This document shows, one piece after another, positions 49,622 to 59,679 of a stretch of 64,000 nt of DNA (its first letter is position 1; every line of letters begins with the position of its first letter). Below the pieces are notes generated by a model, which was not told the origin of the DNA, did not search any database, and saw nothing but the letters and a program-made list of their open reading frames with translations. Source of the DNA: a virus; IMG/VR virus record IMGVR_UViG_3300023440_000003, positions 15,588-79,587 of that record, one strand, 5' to 3'. Both the position numbers and the translations under genes were made by a program.

Positions 49622-49906
49622 ATGTATCCAGATCTTTTAGGTTATGACTTACTTGATTACATTAATCCTGTAGATTTTTATGCTGATCCGTATCTTGAAA
49701 TGTACGATTATATGCCTGTGTACGAACCTGTAGTTCAGACACCGCAGATTCCTGTAGTTCCAATGCCTGCGTTCACTGATACTAAATCACTTGTGAAGGA
49801 AGCTAAAGCTCTGGCAGCCTCACAAGAGGTTATTGTAAAGCTTGCGGAAGAGCTGGCTAAAAGGCCACATCTGGCGGAGTTATTACGGCTGGTTCTTAAT
49901 GCATAA
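49622..49906 (+). CDS. Putative head core protein
   Basis: Y/D/P-rich N-terminus; LVKEA, IVKLA. Confidence 0.55.
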   Translation: MYPDLLGYDLLDYINPVDFYADPYLEMYDYMPVYEPVVQTPQIPVVPMPAFTDTKSLVKEAKALAASQEVIVKLAEELAKRPHLAELLRLVLNA

Positions 49907-50142
49907 TGACTATTTATGAACAAATACTCCGCGTGGTCCAGAAGGGCCACGCGGATTCTTCTATGTCAAATAAATCGGTGGAGTCTGACTTAGATAAAGC
50001 AGTCCTTTTAAAAGTGGCTCAGATAGATAATAAAGATTTGGTTAATAAACTGAATCGGATATTGAAAATAGCTTCTATGACAGATTTGCCTTCTGTAGAG
50101 ATACCTGACGCAATAATCAAGACTATAGTAAAGGTAAAATGA
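49906..50142 (+). CDS. Putative head core protein
   Basis: LLKVA, ILKIA. Confidence 0.55.
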   Translation: MTIYEQILRVVQKGHADSSMSNKSVESDLDKAVLLKVAQIDNKDLVNKLNRILKIASMTDLPSVEIPDAIIKTIVKVK

Positions 50143-50414
50143 ATAAGCAGATTTATCATTACTTATATAAAGTAGCTGCCAGAAAGATTCCTTTTGAAAA
50201 AACGTTTAAATTTCTTAAATGGGTAGGCAGGACTACAATGAAGCATCCTACTGTAGGATTAACCGTATTTGGTGGTACACCTTTAGCTTTATACGGATAT
50301 TACAAATATATAACAAATCCTCAAGTCATTCAGCAGCGTTATTTGACTCAACGTCTTAAAGAAAGTGTTGACCAATATATAGATTCCCTTCAAGCAACCC
50401 GCACAGCTTTGTGA
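50139..50414 (+). CDS. Putative internal head protein
   Basis: YHYLYKVAA leader; hydrophobic helix. Confidence 0.55.
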   Translation: MNKQIYHYLYKVAARKIPFEKTFKFLKWVGRTTMKHPTVGLTVFGGTPLALYGYYKYITNPQVIQQRYLTQRLKESVDQYIDSLQATRTAL

Positions 50415-50453
50415 ATTTTGGTTTTCATATAACTTTCTGTTATTATTATTAAC

Positions 50454-50798
50454 ATGATGATTAGTGGTGATAAATTAAAAAAGCTTATAAAAATAGCTGC
50501 TGCTAAGATTGCTGTACAAGATAAAGTGATAAATGAATTAGTTAAGACTGCCAAAGATCTAAACAGATTTAAAGAAGCTGTTGAGATTGTGGAAAAGATG
50601 TGGAGCAAAGGTTTGATAAATGATAATGAGATATTTTTTAAGATTGCTGAAATAAAAGCCTTACCAGATGATAAATTCAATGAACTAAAAGCAAAAATGG
50701 AGATTGTTGCAGGAAGCGTATTTAAAGGAATTGATGAAAGTTCAGAAAGCTTAGATGATGAAGAAAGACTATTAGCATCTGTTCTGTTAGAAGACTAA
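50454..50798 (+). CDS. Scaffold-like protein
   Basis: Coiled, with acidic C-terminus; LIKIA, AKIA, LVKTA, FFKIA. Confidence 0.55.
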   Translation: MMISGDKLKKLIKIAAAKIAVQDKVINELVKTAKDLNRFKEAVEIVEKMWSKGLINDNEIFFKIAEIKALPDDKFNELKAKMEIVAGSVFKGIDESSESLDDEERLLASVLLED

Positions 50799-50820
50799 AT
50801 CTTGAAAGGGAGGTGTAACT

Positions 50821-51372
50821 ATGCCTTATAAGGTGACGTTTCAGAGATATGTCTTCGAAAACGATGTTGAACTGGCAACTACTTATAATCTTGGAGCTAC
50901 TGGTACGTTCAACTTAGGCGACTCTGGATTCCGTCTGGGAGAAGGATCCATTCTGGTTCTGCAGAGTGATGGTAAATGGGCTGTGGGTGGTGCTTATGAT
51001 TCTGTTAACACAGACAACAACTATATTACTGCAGATAACGCAGTGGCATTTGTCTGGCCCGGCCCGAGGGTGGATAAAACTGGTGCGTTATATAGCGAAA
51101 CTGGTGATCCGGTAGTTAATTATGACATTATTAAGACCAACTCTCGAGTGAAAGTGATCATGCCTCCGTGCATAATTGAGTATGATAGTTCTTTAATAGT
51201 TGGCACTCCGTCTACGGGAGGTATCCTTTATGTCAGTGTTGTGGAACCGACCGCTGGTGTTGGATATGGTGAATACAGATTTACGACTGCCGCTCCGACT
51301 AATGTGACTAATCCGCTGAAAGCTGTTGTTGTTGGTGTGTCTGGTAATTATGTCCAGGTTTATGTGAAGTAA
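50821..51372 (+). CDS. Capsid decoration/cement protein candidate
   Basis: Beta-rich, strong SD, immediately upstream of the major capsid gene. Confidence 0.55.
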   Translation: MPYKVTFQRYVFENDVELATTYNLGATGTFNLGDSGFRLGEGSILVLQSDGKWAVGGAYDSVNTDNNYITADNAVAFVWPGPRVDKTGALYSETGDPVVNYDIIKTNSRVKVIMPPCIIEYDSSLIVGTPSTGGILYVSVVEPTAGVGYGEYRFTTAAPTNVTNPLKAVVVGVSGNYVQVYVK

Positions 51373-51389
51373 TCTAAGGAGGGATAGCC

Positions 51390-52349
51390 ATGAGGTTAAC
51401 ATTAGCAGATCTTTATGCTTCGCTTTCTAAAGGTAATATAACAAAAACTGCTCAGGCTTTTGAGTCTATTATTCGTAAACGTATCAGAGAAGACGGAAAG
51501 GCACGTATTGCGCTTCCTCCTATAAAGATCAATCCTAGCGATCTGACCTATGATCCTAACAATGAAACTCTGTTTAGGGTCATCCATATTGAACCTGAAG
51601 TGCATCGTGATTTTGCAGTAGTCACTTCTCTTAAAGGCAAGGCTGAAAAAGTTCAGACCCGTCCAGAAGCCGTTGCTGCATATCTGTACACTGTGGCAAC
51701 GAAAGAAGTAGAAATTGATGTTGTTGATACTTGGAAAACTAATTACAGCTTACAATCCTGGCTTCAGCAAAATCTTATCAAAGATCTGGAAAAGAAAGAG
51801 ACTCAGAAATTCCTCGACCTTGTACACGTTGCCGCAAATAGTACCGGATCAATAATCCAGATTCCTGCTGCTTCATGGATCAGCTTCGATCAGATACTCA
51901 GTCAGGGAATCTCCAAATTCTCTGAGGATGAGAGACGTGGATATCTCAATCTTATCATGATGAACGAAAAAGACTTTACTATTATGGTGTCTAACCTGTT
52001 CTCTCAGCAGGTGGCTGTGGATCAGCTGGCAAGAGAAATAATCTCAGATTCTCTGCAGATCACCACACTTTTCGGATATCAGTTTGTAGTCACCAGACAG
52101 AGCTCTCTTATTCCGCCTGGTGTGATTTATCTCTTTGCTAAACCAGAATGGCTTGGTGAATTCGCTCTGGTTACTGATGTATCTGTGCACATTGAAAGCA
52201 AACAGAAAAAGTTCAGCTTTGCTGCATGGGAAGCCTTCACAATGGCTATTGCTAATCCTTATGGATGTGTGGTACTTGTCCAGGAGGGAATTCCGGCTAC
52301 TAACCTGGGTAACTGGGATAAATACACCGAATCCGGTATTGTAGCATAA
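51390..52349 (+). CDS. Major capsid protein (HK97 fold)
   Basis: 319 aa after protease and scaffolds; spine helix IKDLEKKETQKFL, IMMNEKDF, TLFGYQFVVT, IPPGVIY; followed by a strong terminator. Confidence 0.8.
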   Translation: MRLTLADLYASLSKGNITKTAQAFESIIRKRIREDGKARIALPPIKINPSDLTYDPNNETLFRVIHIEPEVHRDFAVVTSLKGKAEKVQTRPEAVAAYLYTVATKEVEIDVVDTWKTNYSLQSWLQQNLIKDLEKKETQKFLDLVHVAANSTGSIIQIPAASWISFDQILSQGISKFSEDERRGYLNLIMMNEKDFTIMVSNLFSQQVAVDQLAREIISDSLQITTLFGYQFVVTRQSSLIPPGVIYLFAKPEWLGEFALVTDVSVHIESKQKKFSFAAWEAFTMAIANPYGCVVLVQEGIPATNLGNWDKYTESGIVA

Positions 52350-52375
52350 TTTTAGGATTTATCCTTATGATGTAC

Positions 52376-52409
52376 GGCCCTCTTCCCTCTTGGAAGAGGG
52401 CCTTTTTTT
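52376..52409 (+). terminator. Rho-independent terminator after the major capsid gene
   Basis: GGCCCTCTTCC-ctctt-GGAAGAGGGCC followed by T7. Confidence 0.9.
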
Positions 52410-52456
52410 ATGTTAAAATTTAGCCGTAAAGATTAATACTTTAAGGAGGTTTAGAG

Positions 52457-52936
52457 ATGTATTTAATTATCAACAACACATTTTTTCCGAGAGATTTGGG
52501 TAAAGGAATTATTGTACCCCCTAGAGATAAAATCAAAATATCTAAGGAGTTAATTCCTAATCACATAGTGCAGCTACTCAAACAACGCCAAATACCTGGA
52601 CTTTCGATTATTGATTTGGATGAAGTAACTGCTGTAACAGATCAAGTTGTTAATACTGATACTCAAATAACTGATCAAATAACTATTACTGAAGCTGAAT
52701 CATCACCCTCTTCTTCTAAAGAAGAACAACTTGTCAAACAAATAGAAGCTGAATCTGTTCAAGAAGTTACCCCTCCAGAACCTCCTCAAGTCAGCGAAGC
52801 TTCAGTTGAAGAACAATCCGTGCAGGAAGCTACGACAGATACTTCCAGCTCATCGGAAGATATTGTTATTCCTGAGAATGTTTCCACAGAGAAACCTAAA
52901 ACAAAGCGCAGAGGTCGTAGACGTAGAAAGAAATAA
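52457..52936 (+). CDS. Hypothetical protein with acidic linker and basic tail
   Basis: SD; TGTTAAAAT upstream; ends KRRGRRRRKK. Confidence 0.7.
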   Translation: MYLIINNTFFPRDLGKGIIVPPRDKIKISKELIPNHIVQLLKQRQIPGLSIIDLDEVTAVTDQVVNTDTQITDQITITEAESSPSSSKEEQLVKQIEAESVQEVTPPEPPQVSEASVEEQSVQEATTDTSSSSEDIVIPENVSTEKPKTKRRGRRRRKK

Positions 52937-52939
52937 GCT

Positions 52940-53371
52940 ATGGGGTTTCAAAATTTACAAGATGCTATAACCTATGTTAGAAATTTTTTGCGGGATACTC
53001 CTGAGCTTAATGAACTACTTGAAGGTTATGAAACGGAAGATTCTTTGATAGCTGAGGCTATTAATAACGCTATTGAAGTATTTAACAGCACTCCGCCTTT
53101 AATTTTGCAAGTGACACTTGAAACTTTTCCTAACAACGTAGCACTACGTAATTTTGCAGTAGCACAGATTTTAAAGTCTGCAGCTATATGGTATGAACGT
53201 AACAGATTAAACTATGCAGATGGCAGAGGTGTTACTGTAGTTCTTAAAGATAAAGGGCCGACTTTTGCACAGATGGCATCGTTATACGAATCTCAATGGA
53301 ATCAATGGCTTACTGAATATAAAATGGCAGCAAATCTTAATTCAGCATATTTAAGTACTAGAAGCTATTGA
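52940..53371 (+). CDS. Head-tail adaptor candidate
   Basis: YVRNFLRD...FNSTPP; position after the capsid gene. Confidence 0.55.
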   Translation: MGFQNLQDAITYVRNFLRDTPELNELLEGYETEDSLIAEAINNAIEVFNSTPPLILQVTLETFPNNVALRNFAVAQILKSAAIWYERNRLNYADGRGVTVVLKDKGPTFAQMASLYESQWNQWLTEYKMAANLNSAYLSTRSY

Positions 53372-54150
53372 TGGTAGACTTCGTCGAAGTTACGGTTTAT
53401 CCCAGAATTCATGATTTAAGCTTTGAAGTATACTGGAAAGTCACTGATTATTTAGGTTTTAATGTAACTTTTTATGTACAACGTGCTGATGCGCCTGATC
53501 CATCCTTGATGCAGGATGTTTCACCTGCTCTTGTGGATACTTATTATTATCATGATACTGATGCATATTTATACAGACGTGATACTAAATATTTTTACAG
53601 AATCCGCATGGAATATTTAGCAAATGGCAATCTTGTGACAAAATATAGTGATATAGTATCGGAACCTGATCCTATCAGACCGGAAGTTAAACATATAGTT
53701 AAGGAAGATTACATTTATTTATCACGTTTTGTTAACGAACCTATAAAAGTTTACAAACGCAAAAGATATGGCAAAAGATGCAATGAATGTTATGACCCAA
53801 TAAAAGGACGTGTCATTAGAGAAACCTGTTATGTATGTTATGGTACAGGATTCGAAGGTGGCTATTATGGACCTTTTGATACCTACTGGAATAGAGGTCT
53901 AAAGCCTGTAGCAAATGTTTTGAATCAGCAAGCCAGTCTAGATGTTCCAGAAAATACTCAGGCATGGATGTCTATTTATCCACTTTTAGAAGTGGATGAT
54001 CTTATTTACTCAATTAAAGAAGGTTTATTATATAAAGTCAATAATATACAGGTTCCACGATTCAGAGGATATCCTATAAGACAACACATTTATCAATGTA
54101 ATGCTCTTAACATAGGAGCTCCTGAGTATAGATTACTTGAGAGTTTATGA
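53368..54150 (+). CDS. Neck/head-closure protein with zinc finger
   Basis: CNEC...CYVCYGTGFEGGY; position in the neck cluster. Confidence 0.55.
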   Translation: MMVDFVEVTVYPRIHDLSFEVYWKVTDYLGFNVTFYVQRADAPDPSLMQDVSPALVDTYYYHDTDAYLYRRDTKYFYRIRMEYLANGNLVTKYSDIVSEPDPIRPEVKHIVKEDYIYLSRFVNEPIKVYKRKRYGKRCNECYDPIKGRVIRETCYVCYGTGFEGGYYGPFDTYWNRGLKPVANVLNQQASLDVPENTQAWMSIYPLLEVDDLIYSIKEGLLYKVNNIQVPRFRGYPIRQHIYQCNALNIGAPEYRLLESL

Positions 54151-54162
54151 TATTATATACAT

Positions 54163-54516
54163 ATGACTGAGTTTGAATATCATACTTTACAATTTCCATA
54201 TATAACTTACGGTTCAAATTTAGGTGCAGCTGTTGCAGGAGGATTAATAGGAGGAACTGAGCTTGGTTATTTAATTAGACGCAGGTTGTTAGGAGATCAT
54301 TCGTTGCCTCCAAGAAAATATTATCCGTATTTATTGGCTGCTGGATTAATGCTGGGAGGTTTAGCAGGAAGTTTATTTGATTTTGGTATTATTTCCAGAT
54401 CAAGGCGCAGGAGGAGACAGGAAGATAAACCTGTGATGTTGGCACGTCCTCTGGCTGCATTATATTACTCTCCTGAATTAGAAGAGCAACTATTAAAGCA
54501 GATAGGGTCTTTATGA
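54163..54516 (+). CDS. Glycine-zipper membrane-helix protein
   Basis: GAAVAGGLIGG and GLMLGGLAG. Confidence 0.55.
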   Translation: MTEFEYHTLQFPYITYGSNLGAAVAGGLIGGTELGYLIRRRLLGDHSLPPRKYYPYLLAAGLMLGGLAGSLFDFGIISRSRRRRRQEDKPVMLARPLAALYYSPELEEQLLKQIGSL

Positions 54517-54965
54517 TGGATGTTAAACATTTGTTTAATAAAGATCATCTAAAAAATTACATAAAAGAAAAATTATATGATGTAATTTATTCCCCTGCAT
54601 TATCTAAATATCCTAAAACACCAGAAGCACGTCGCAATCTGGCTATGAGTATTAATGTATATTATGATCCTATGAAAGATGACTTTATTATTGAATCTAA
54701 TCATCCCGGGTTCAAGTATCTTGATAAAGGAGTACGTCCACATATTATGTCATATTTATTAGACAGAACTGTACCTATTAAATCTAAAGAAGGAATGATT
54801 TTTAGGAGAGTATCAGCAAAATCTTTATTAGAAGGAAAATGGAGACATTCAGGAATTCCTCCTCAGAGATATATAGATAAAACCGTAGATCTTATGCTGA
54901 AAGATAAAAAAGTTAGACAATTGATCATAGATGAAGTTTTTACTGAAGCAGGGTACAAGAAATGA
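54513..54965 (+). CDS. Neck/tail completion protein candidate
   Basis: YLDKGVRPH...WRHSGIPPQRYI pattern like HK97-gp10-type neck proteins. Confidence 0.5.
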   Translation: MMDVKHLFNKDHLKNYIKEKLYDVIYSPALSKYPKTPEARRNLAMSINVYYDPMKDDFIIESNHPGFKYLDKGVRPHIMSYLLDRTVPIKSKEGMIFRRVSAKSLLEGKWRHSGIPPQRYIDKTVDLMLKDKKVRQLIIDEVFTEAGYKK

Positions 54966-55579
54966 TTTTTATAACTGACGCATCTAGAGATCCGTTTATT
55001 TTGTTTTTGAAATCTTATTTTGCAGAACATCCTGAATATGTGTGGAGCGAAGATCCAACTAATCGAAAAATTTTAATAGCAGATGCATACGCTTTATCAG
55101 TAGAAGATATAGAAAAGTTACCTTCTATTATAGTTATGAGAGGTCCCTTAACATTAGAAAATCCTTCTATGGCTTATGGTTCTATAGAATGGGATGTGCT
55201 TAAGAATTTTGAAGACAAACATATGATACGTATGTGCCGAGGTAGTTTAAGAGTGCATACAGTAGCTCACGATGGTATTATAGCAGAACGTTTGGCTAAT
55301 GAAGTGATGTACGCAGTAGAGGCTTTTAAAGACTTACTTAGAAAAGTAGGATATCATTCTATAAATCCAGTAAATATATCTCCAGAACAACCTCTAGAAT
55401 TAGCAGGTACTACTATAGATAAAGCAAGTGTCACAGTTGATTTCAGCATTTCCTTTATGATAAAAATAGATGTGATGGTTCCTGAAGAGCTGAAGAAAAA
55501 AGTTACTAAAGCGGTCCTTGAAACTATAGAAACATGGTACGCTCAAGGACCTAATGTTATTAAGATGGAGGTAAGTTAA
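54962..55579 (+). CDS. Tail terminator candidate
   Basis: LPSIIV, AERLANEV; directly upstream of the sheath gene. Confidence 0.55.
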   Translation: MIFITDASRDPFILFLKSYFAEHPEYVWSEDPTNRKILIADAYALSVEDIEKLPSIIVMRGPLTLENPSMAYGSIEWDVLKNFEDKHMIRMCRGSLRVHTVAHDGIIAERLANEVMYAVEAFKDLLRKVGYHSINPVNISPEQPLELAGTTIDKASVTVDFSISFMIKIDVMVPEELKKKVTKAVLETIETWYAQGPNVIKMEVS

Positions 55580-55580
55580 T

Positions 55581-57782
55581 ATGGCTAATATACCAAAACC
55601 ATCAGTTGTGATAAGAACCTATTTTAGGCCTTCACCGCCACCTCCGGTTAGTAACGTATTAGCTCCAGGTCTCATAGGGCCTCTTTATAGAATAAAACAG
55701 TATTCCGGAAGTCAGTTGTGGGATGGTTCTTCTACTGTAAGTATTGTACTTTCCGATTATAATTCATCGGTAGAAAGTTTAGATATAGATTATACAGAAG
55801 CTCATATGAGCTTAGTGCTTGGAGCTAAGACTTATGATTTACCCGTGGAAATAACTTTAAATTATAACACTGCAAATCCACCATCAGTTACAGTAAATAA
55901 TGATCAACTTACTATCACAAATCTTACTGCATTTCCTTTAGTTCTGCCGAAAGATATTGTTGAATTTGATACTCCGTTAATCAGTAAAGGACGAATCAAA
56001 AACGTTTATGGTAGTTATTCTTCAAGTACACAGACATATACTTTAAACATTGTTTTTGAAAATCCAGTAGCATCTAATGTTAATCATACTATAGATATTT
56101 CTCAGGTACACATAAAAACTATCGCTCCAGAAGTATCTGGAAGTGATGTAATACTTTATGATAGAGTTAGAGAACTTGTATGGACTATCGATGGCACTAC
56201 AATAACTGCTAGTGGTAACACTCCCATTACAGGACAGATTACTATACAAAATGCTGGATCAACTACAGCAATCACTGATTCAAGAATTCTTCCAGGAGAT
56301 ACTGTAACTATTACCTACAACACAAACTCTACCATTACTGGAACCGTGGTATCCACAAATGAAACCACCACCTATTCAGAAATAATTGTGGATGTTGGTA
56401 CTGATACAACTGGCTGGACTTTCAATAAAGTAGAGCTTGCAAAAACAATAGCTTCATCTTATGAAGGATATCCTTCTGTTTATGCCAGATATAGAGTCAC
56501 TTCTGTGTCAGAACTTCCCCTTATAGTTACTGACGAAGTAGCTTTTTATGAACAATATGGCAATCCCACTCCAGATAACCCTATGGTGGAAGCAGTAAAA
56601 TGGATACGTCAAGCAGGCGCATCAGATGTGCCTATTTATTGTTACCCTGTAGCTACTGATGATGCTGCAGGTTATTCAGCCGTTCTGAATGAGATGTACA
56701 AAGAGAGATATAGTTATGCTATTGTTCCGTTGACCAATAACTATAACCTTGTGGATCAGGTAGCTTCTGCGATTGAGGATATGAATTCTGAAACAAAGAA
56801 CATTGTCAAGCGCATAATCACGTTTTATGAAATAGATCAGCACACTGAAATCGATAAAGATCTTAACAACACTACCGCCAGTTATACTAATTCTACAAAA
56901 ACTATTTCTGGAGTTACGTTTAGTTCTACTCCTTTAGCAGGAGATAAAATCAAAATAGATACTGGTACTATAACTGCGACTCTTACTGTTTCATCTTACG
57001 ATGCTAATACTGGAAATATTACTGTTGAAGAATATTTAGGCACTGACTTGAGTGCCAGTGCGTCTCAAGCATGGAATGTGTATTTACTCAGAGACGTATA
57101 TCAAGCTAAAAATGCTCTAAAGCAAACTATTATAGCGTTTCTTAAGAAGTACGATAGCATTCATACAGATGTTTTAGTAGGACACGTTTACGGTGAAGAT
57201 GCATCTGGAAATCTGCAAGAAGTACCTATGATGTTTGTTGCTGCAGAATATGCAGGCATGATAGCCGCATACCCTCCTCAGGTACATTTCAACCTCAAAC
57301 AGCTTCCTGGAATAGTATACAGTGATAGATTATGGGACATATACAGTGACCTTGATCCAAATACTTCTGAACTGAACGATATTGCTGGTGAAGGAGCAGT
57401 ATTGATTGTTCAGGATACTAAATATGACCGTCCGTATATACGGAATCAGCTTACTACTGATACTACGTCAGTCCGTACGCGTAATCTTTCTGTTGTTAAA
57501 TCAGTCGATTATGTGAAACGTATTCTTTATGACGATCTGAAGTCATTACTTCAGCAAGGTTATAACTTTGGTGGTGGTATTGTTATGGCTATTAACTTAC
57601 TAATGCAAGCCAGAATAAGACAATTTAAAGACTACAAAGTTGATCGCTATGGGTCTATTGTTAGAAATGGTGCAGTTAAAGAAATCATCGAAGATCCTAA
57701 CACGGAAACTTTAAAAGTAGTGGTAACCATGGACTTTCCAGAGCCTGTTGGAAGAATAGAAATGGAATTATACGTTGAATAA
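55581..57782 (+). CDS. Tail sheath protein with beta-rich insertions
   Basis: N-terminal KPSVVI; C-terminal YIRNQLTT, LSVVKSVDYV, FPEPVGRIEMELYV. Confidence 0.82.
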   Translation: MANIPKPSVVIRTYFRPSPPPPVSNVLAPGLIGPLYRIKQYSGSQLWDGSSTVSIVLSDYNSSVESLDIDYTEAHMSLVLGAKTYDLPVEITLNYNTANPPSVTVNNDQLTITNLTAFPLVLPKDIVEFDTPLISKGRIKNVYGSYSSSTQTYTLNIVFENPVASNVNHTIDISQVHIKTIAPEVSGSDVILYDRVRELVWTIDGTTITASGNTPITGQITIQNAGSTTAITDSRILPGDTVTITYNTNSTITGTVVSTNETTTYSEIIVDVGTDTTGWTFNKVELAKTIASSYEGYPSVYARYRVTSVSELPLIVTDEVAFYEQYGNPTPDNPMVEAVKWIRQAGASDVPIYCYPVATDDAAGYSAVLNEMYKERYSYAIVPLTNNYNLVDQVASAIEDMNSETKNIVKRIITFYEIDQHTEIDKDLNNTTASYTNSTKTISGVTFSSTPLAGDKIKIDTGTITATLTVSSYDANTGNITVEEYLGTDLSASASQAWNVYLLRDVYQAKNALKQTIIAFLKKYDSIHTDVLVGHVYGEDASGNLQEVPMMFVAAEYAGMIAAYPPQVHFNLKQLPGIVYSDRLWDIYSDLDPNTSELNDIAGEGAVLIVQDTKYDRPYIRNQLTTDTTSVRTRNLSVVKSVDYVKRILYDDLKSLLQQGYNFGGGIVMAINLLMQARIRQFKDYKVDRYGSIVRNGAVKEIIEDPNTETLKVVVTMDFPEPVGRIEMELYVE

Positions 57783-57793
57783 GGAGGGATAAC

Positions 57794-58465
57794 ATGCCCT
57801 TAACTAAATCATTAACAGAGTGGGATCCCAGAAGCAGCCATATATATACTAATGTACGGTCAGATCAGTTTTTTGGCTCTGATGATGTTGTGTTAATAAG
57901 TTTAGGTACTCAAATGCCAGATCAGAGTGCTATAGCGAATAATATTTCTACCGATCAAAATCTTCAATTTGTAGGATTACTTACCGCATTTACTTTTTCA
58001 GGTGCGCAATCCGTAACACCTGTTTTTGAGATAGGAAGCAGTCTTGCTTATTATGTAGCAGCTCAAAGCTCTGTGAGTTTTCAGGGCGGTGTGCTTATGT
58101 GGAGAGGACCGTCATTATTGTCCAGAATATATCATGATGCAAACTGGAACACTCATAGAGGTATATTGTTAAAAGAAAGCACCGTTAACAATAGGACTAT
58201 ATATTATCCCGTAGATGATACTGCCAATGCTCAAGGAATTTTTGGTATAGATTTCAGCGATGACGTTTATTCAAAACCTGTAGGATTGCTGACGGTTTTC
58301 ACATTTAAAGATGAAAATAACAATAAAGTTCTAGGTGCATGGCTGTGGGAAAATGCGTTTATTGCTAATGTGGCTGCAGGAGTTAATGCAGGAACTACTC
58401 TCATAAACGAAGGTTTCAGTGGATTTGCTGAAAATATCGTTGGTATGTATCTTGGTACTATCTAA
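57794..58465 (+). CDS. Tail tube protein
   Basis: Follows the sheath gene; PVFEIGS, WLWENAFI. Confidence 0.72.
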   Translation: MPLTKSLTEWDPRSSHIYTNVRSDQFFGSDDVVLISLGTQMPDQSAIANNISTDQNLQFVGLLTAFTFSGAQSVTPVFEIGSSLAYYVAAQSSVSFQGGVLMWRGPSLLSRIYHDANWNTHRGILLKESTVNNRTIYYPVDDTANAQGIFGIDFSDDVYSKPVGLLTVFTFKDENNNKVLGAWLWENAFIANVAAGVNAGTTLINEGFSGFAENIVGMYLGTI

Positions 58466-58929
58466 GGTTTGATTAATTTATATTCTTCCTTAAGTAATTG
58501 TTCATTTAAACGCTTAGAGATATAATCAGGCACGGTAGTATCATCATAGGTTCTAAATTCCTTGATTAAAGCCTGCATGATTTTTTCATGAATATCTTTC
58601 CATAAAGGATGCTTTGCCAGAGTTTTGATGGTAAGACACGCACTATTAAATAAATTAGGCAAACGATCTATCCTAACCTTGTCCGGGAAATATACAGGAG
58701 GAATAATACCAGATGCTATAGTGCAACGTATGACTCTGTTTACCATACGTAACCATACGGGAAAATCCAATTTCTTTTTAGGATTAATATGGTACAGAAT
58801 ATCATCTCCTTTCTTGATAGCCTCGAATTCATAAAAATCAGTACTTCCTACATCAAAAACTAATTCGCTGACTTGTAAAAGTTTTCTTTTGGATATTAAC
58901 TCTTTTGCTTCTTTAAGTTTATCACTCAT
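58462..58929 (-). CDS. Hypothetical protein
   Basis: 155-aa ORF; TGATATGTT 7 nt upstream of the ATG. Confidence 0.65.
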   Translation of the reverse strand: MSDKLKEAKELISKRKLLQVSELVFDVGSTDFYEFEAIKKGDDILYHINPKKKLDFPVWLRMVNRVIRCTIASGIIPPVYFPDKVRIDRLPNLFNSACLTIKTLAKHPLWKDIHEKIMQALIKEFRTYDDTTVPDYISKRLNEQLLKEEYKLIKP

Positions 58930-58951
58930 TGTTTACAACATATCATGCCTG

Positions 58952-59005
58952 AGCTAAAAAAAGCAAGATCTAAGTAATCCTCCCGGGGGATTTTCCCCCG
59001 GGAGG
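58952..59005 (-). terminator. Hairpin plus TTTTTTTAGCT terminator-like element
   Basis: 12-bp stem at 58979-59005, then T7-AGCT 16 nt further along the minus strand. Confidence 0.65.
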
Positions 59006-59022
59006 CAAATTTTTCACTATAA

Positions 59023-59679
59023 CTATCTGCTATGCTCTTTAATATGATCTAAGATTATTTTTGTAAAGTTTTTGTTCCTTACTCTTAAGATATCTATAGC
59101 TTCATCAATATACTTATTTGTTATAGGAACTAATTTATCATTTTCTAATCTGAATATTACCATTTCATCTTCTATAGGAAATTTCATAAAGATATCAAAA
59201 TCTTCAATAACGTTATCTTCAGATATCAGATTATTATTAAGTATATTCTCTACTACTCCTTTTGCTATAAGTGCGTTCTTAAGGTCTGTTCCTACTAGAT
59301 CCACTAATATGTGATTTCTATATTTGGTCATAACAAGATCTCCATATTTAACTCCTGATTTATCAAAATATTCTATTTTTTCTGATACCTGTATTAAATT
59401 ACTGCCCTCGTTTATAAATTCGCCTTTGATAACATGGTTTATAGTCTTTGGTGACGTATTTGATGTTTCTAGAGTATGAGTTGCTACTGATATAAATATA
59501 CCATCATTTTTAGCTAACAGTACGTCTTTAATATCTTCGAGTGATACCATTTCATTTCTAGACATATCATAATCGATTTTAATATTTGTCTGATATGGAT
59601 CTTCTAAGTAAATTTTAAAGTGAATATTTCTATGGAAACCATTTACATATACAAGATCATTTTTATAACTGATTATCAT
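59023..59679 (-). CDS. Hypothetical protein (expanded family)
   Basis: HVIKGEF motif. Confidence 0.65.
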   Translation of the reverse strand: MIISYKNDLVYVNGFHRNIHFKIYLEDPYQTNIKIDYDMSRNEMVSLEDIKDVLLAKNDGIFISVATHTLETSNTSPKTINHVIKGEFINEGSNLIQVSEKIEYFDKSGVKYGDLVMTKYRNHILVDLVGTDLKNALIAKGVVENILNNNLISEDNVIEDFDIFMKFPIEDEMVIFRLENDKLVPITNKYIDEAIDILRVRNKNFTKIILDHIKEHSR

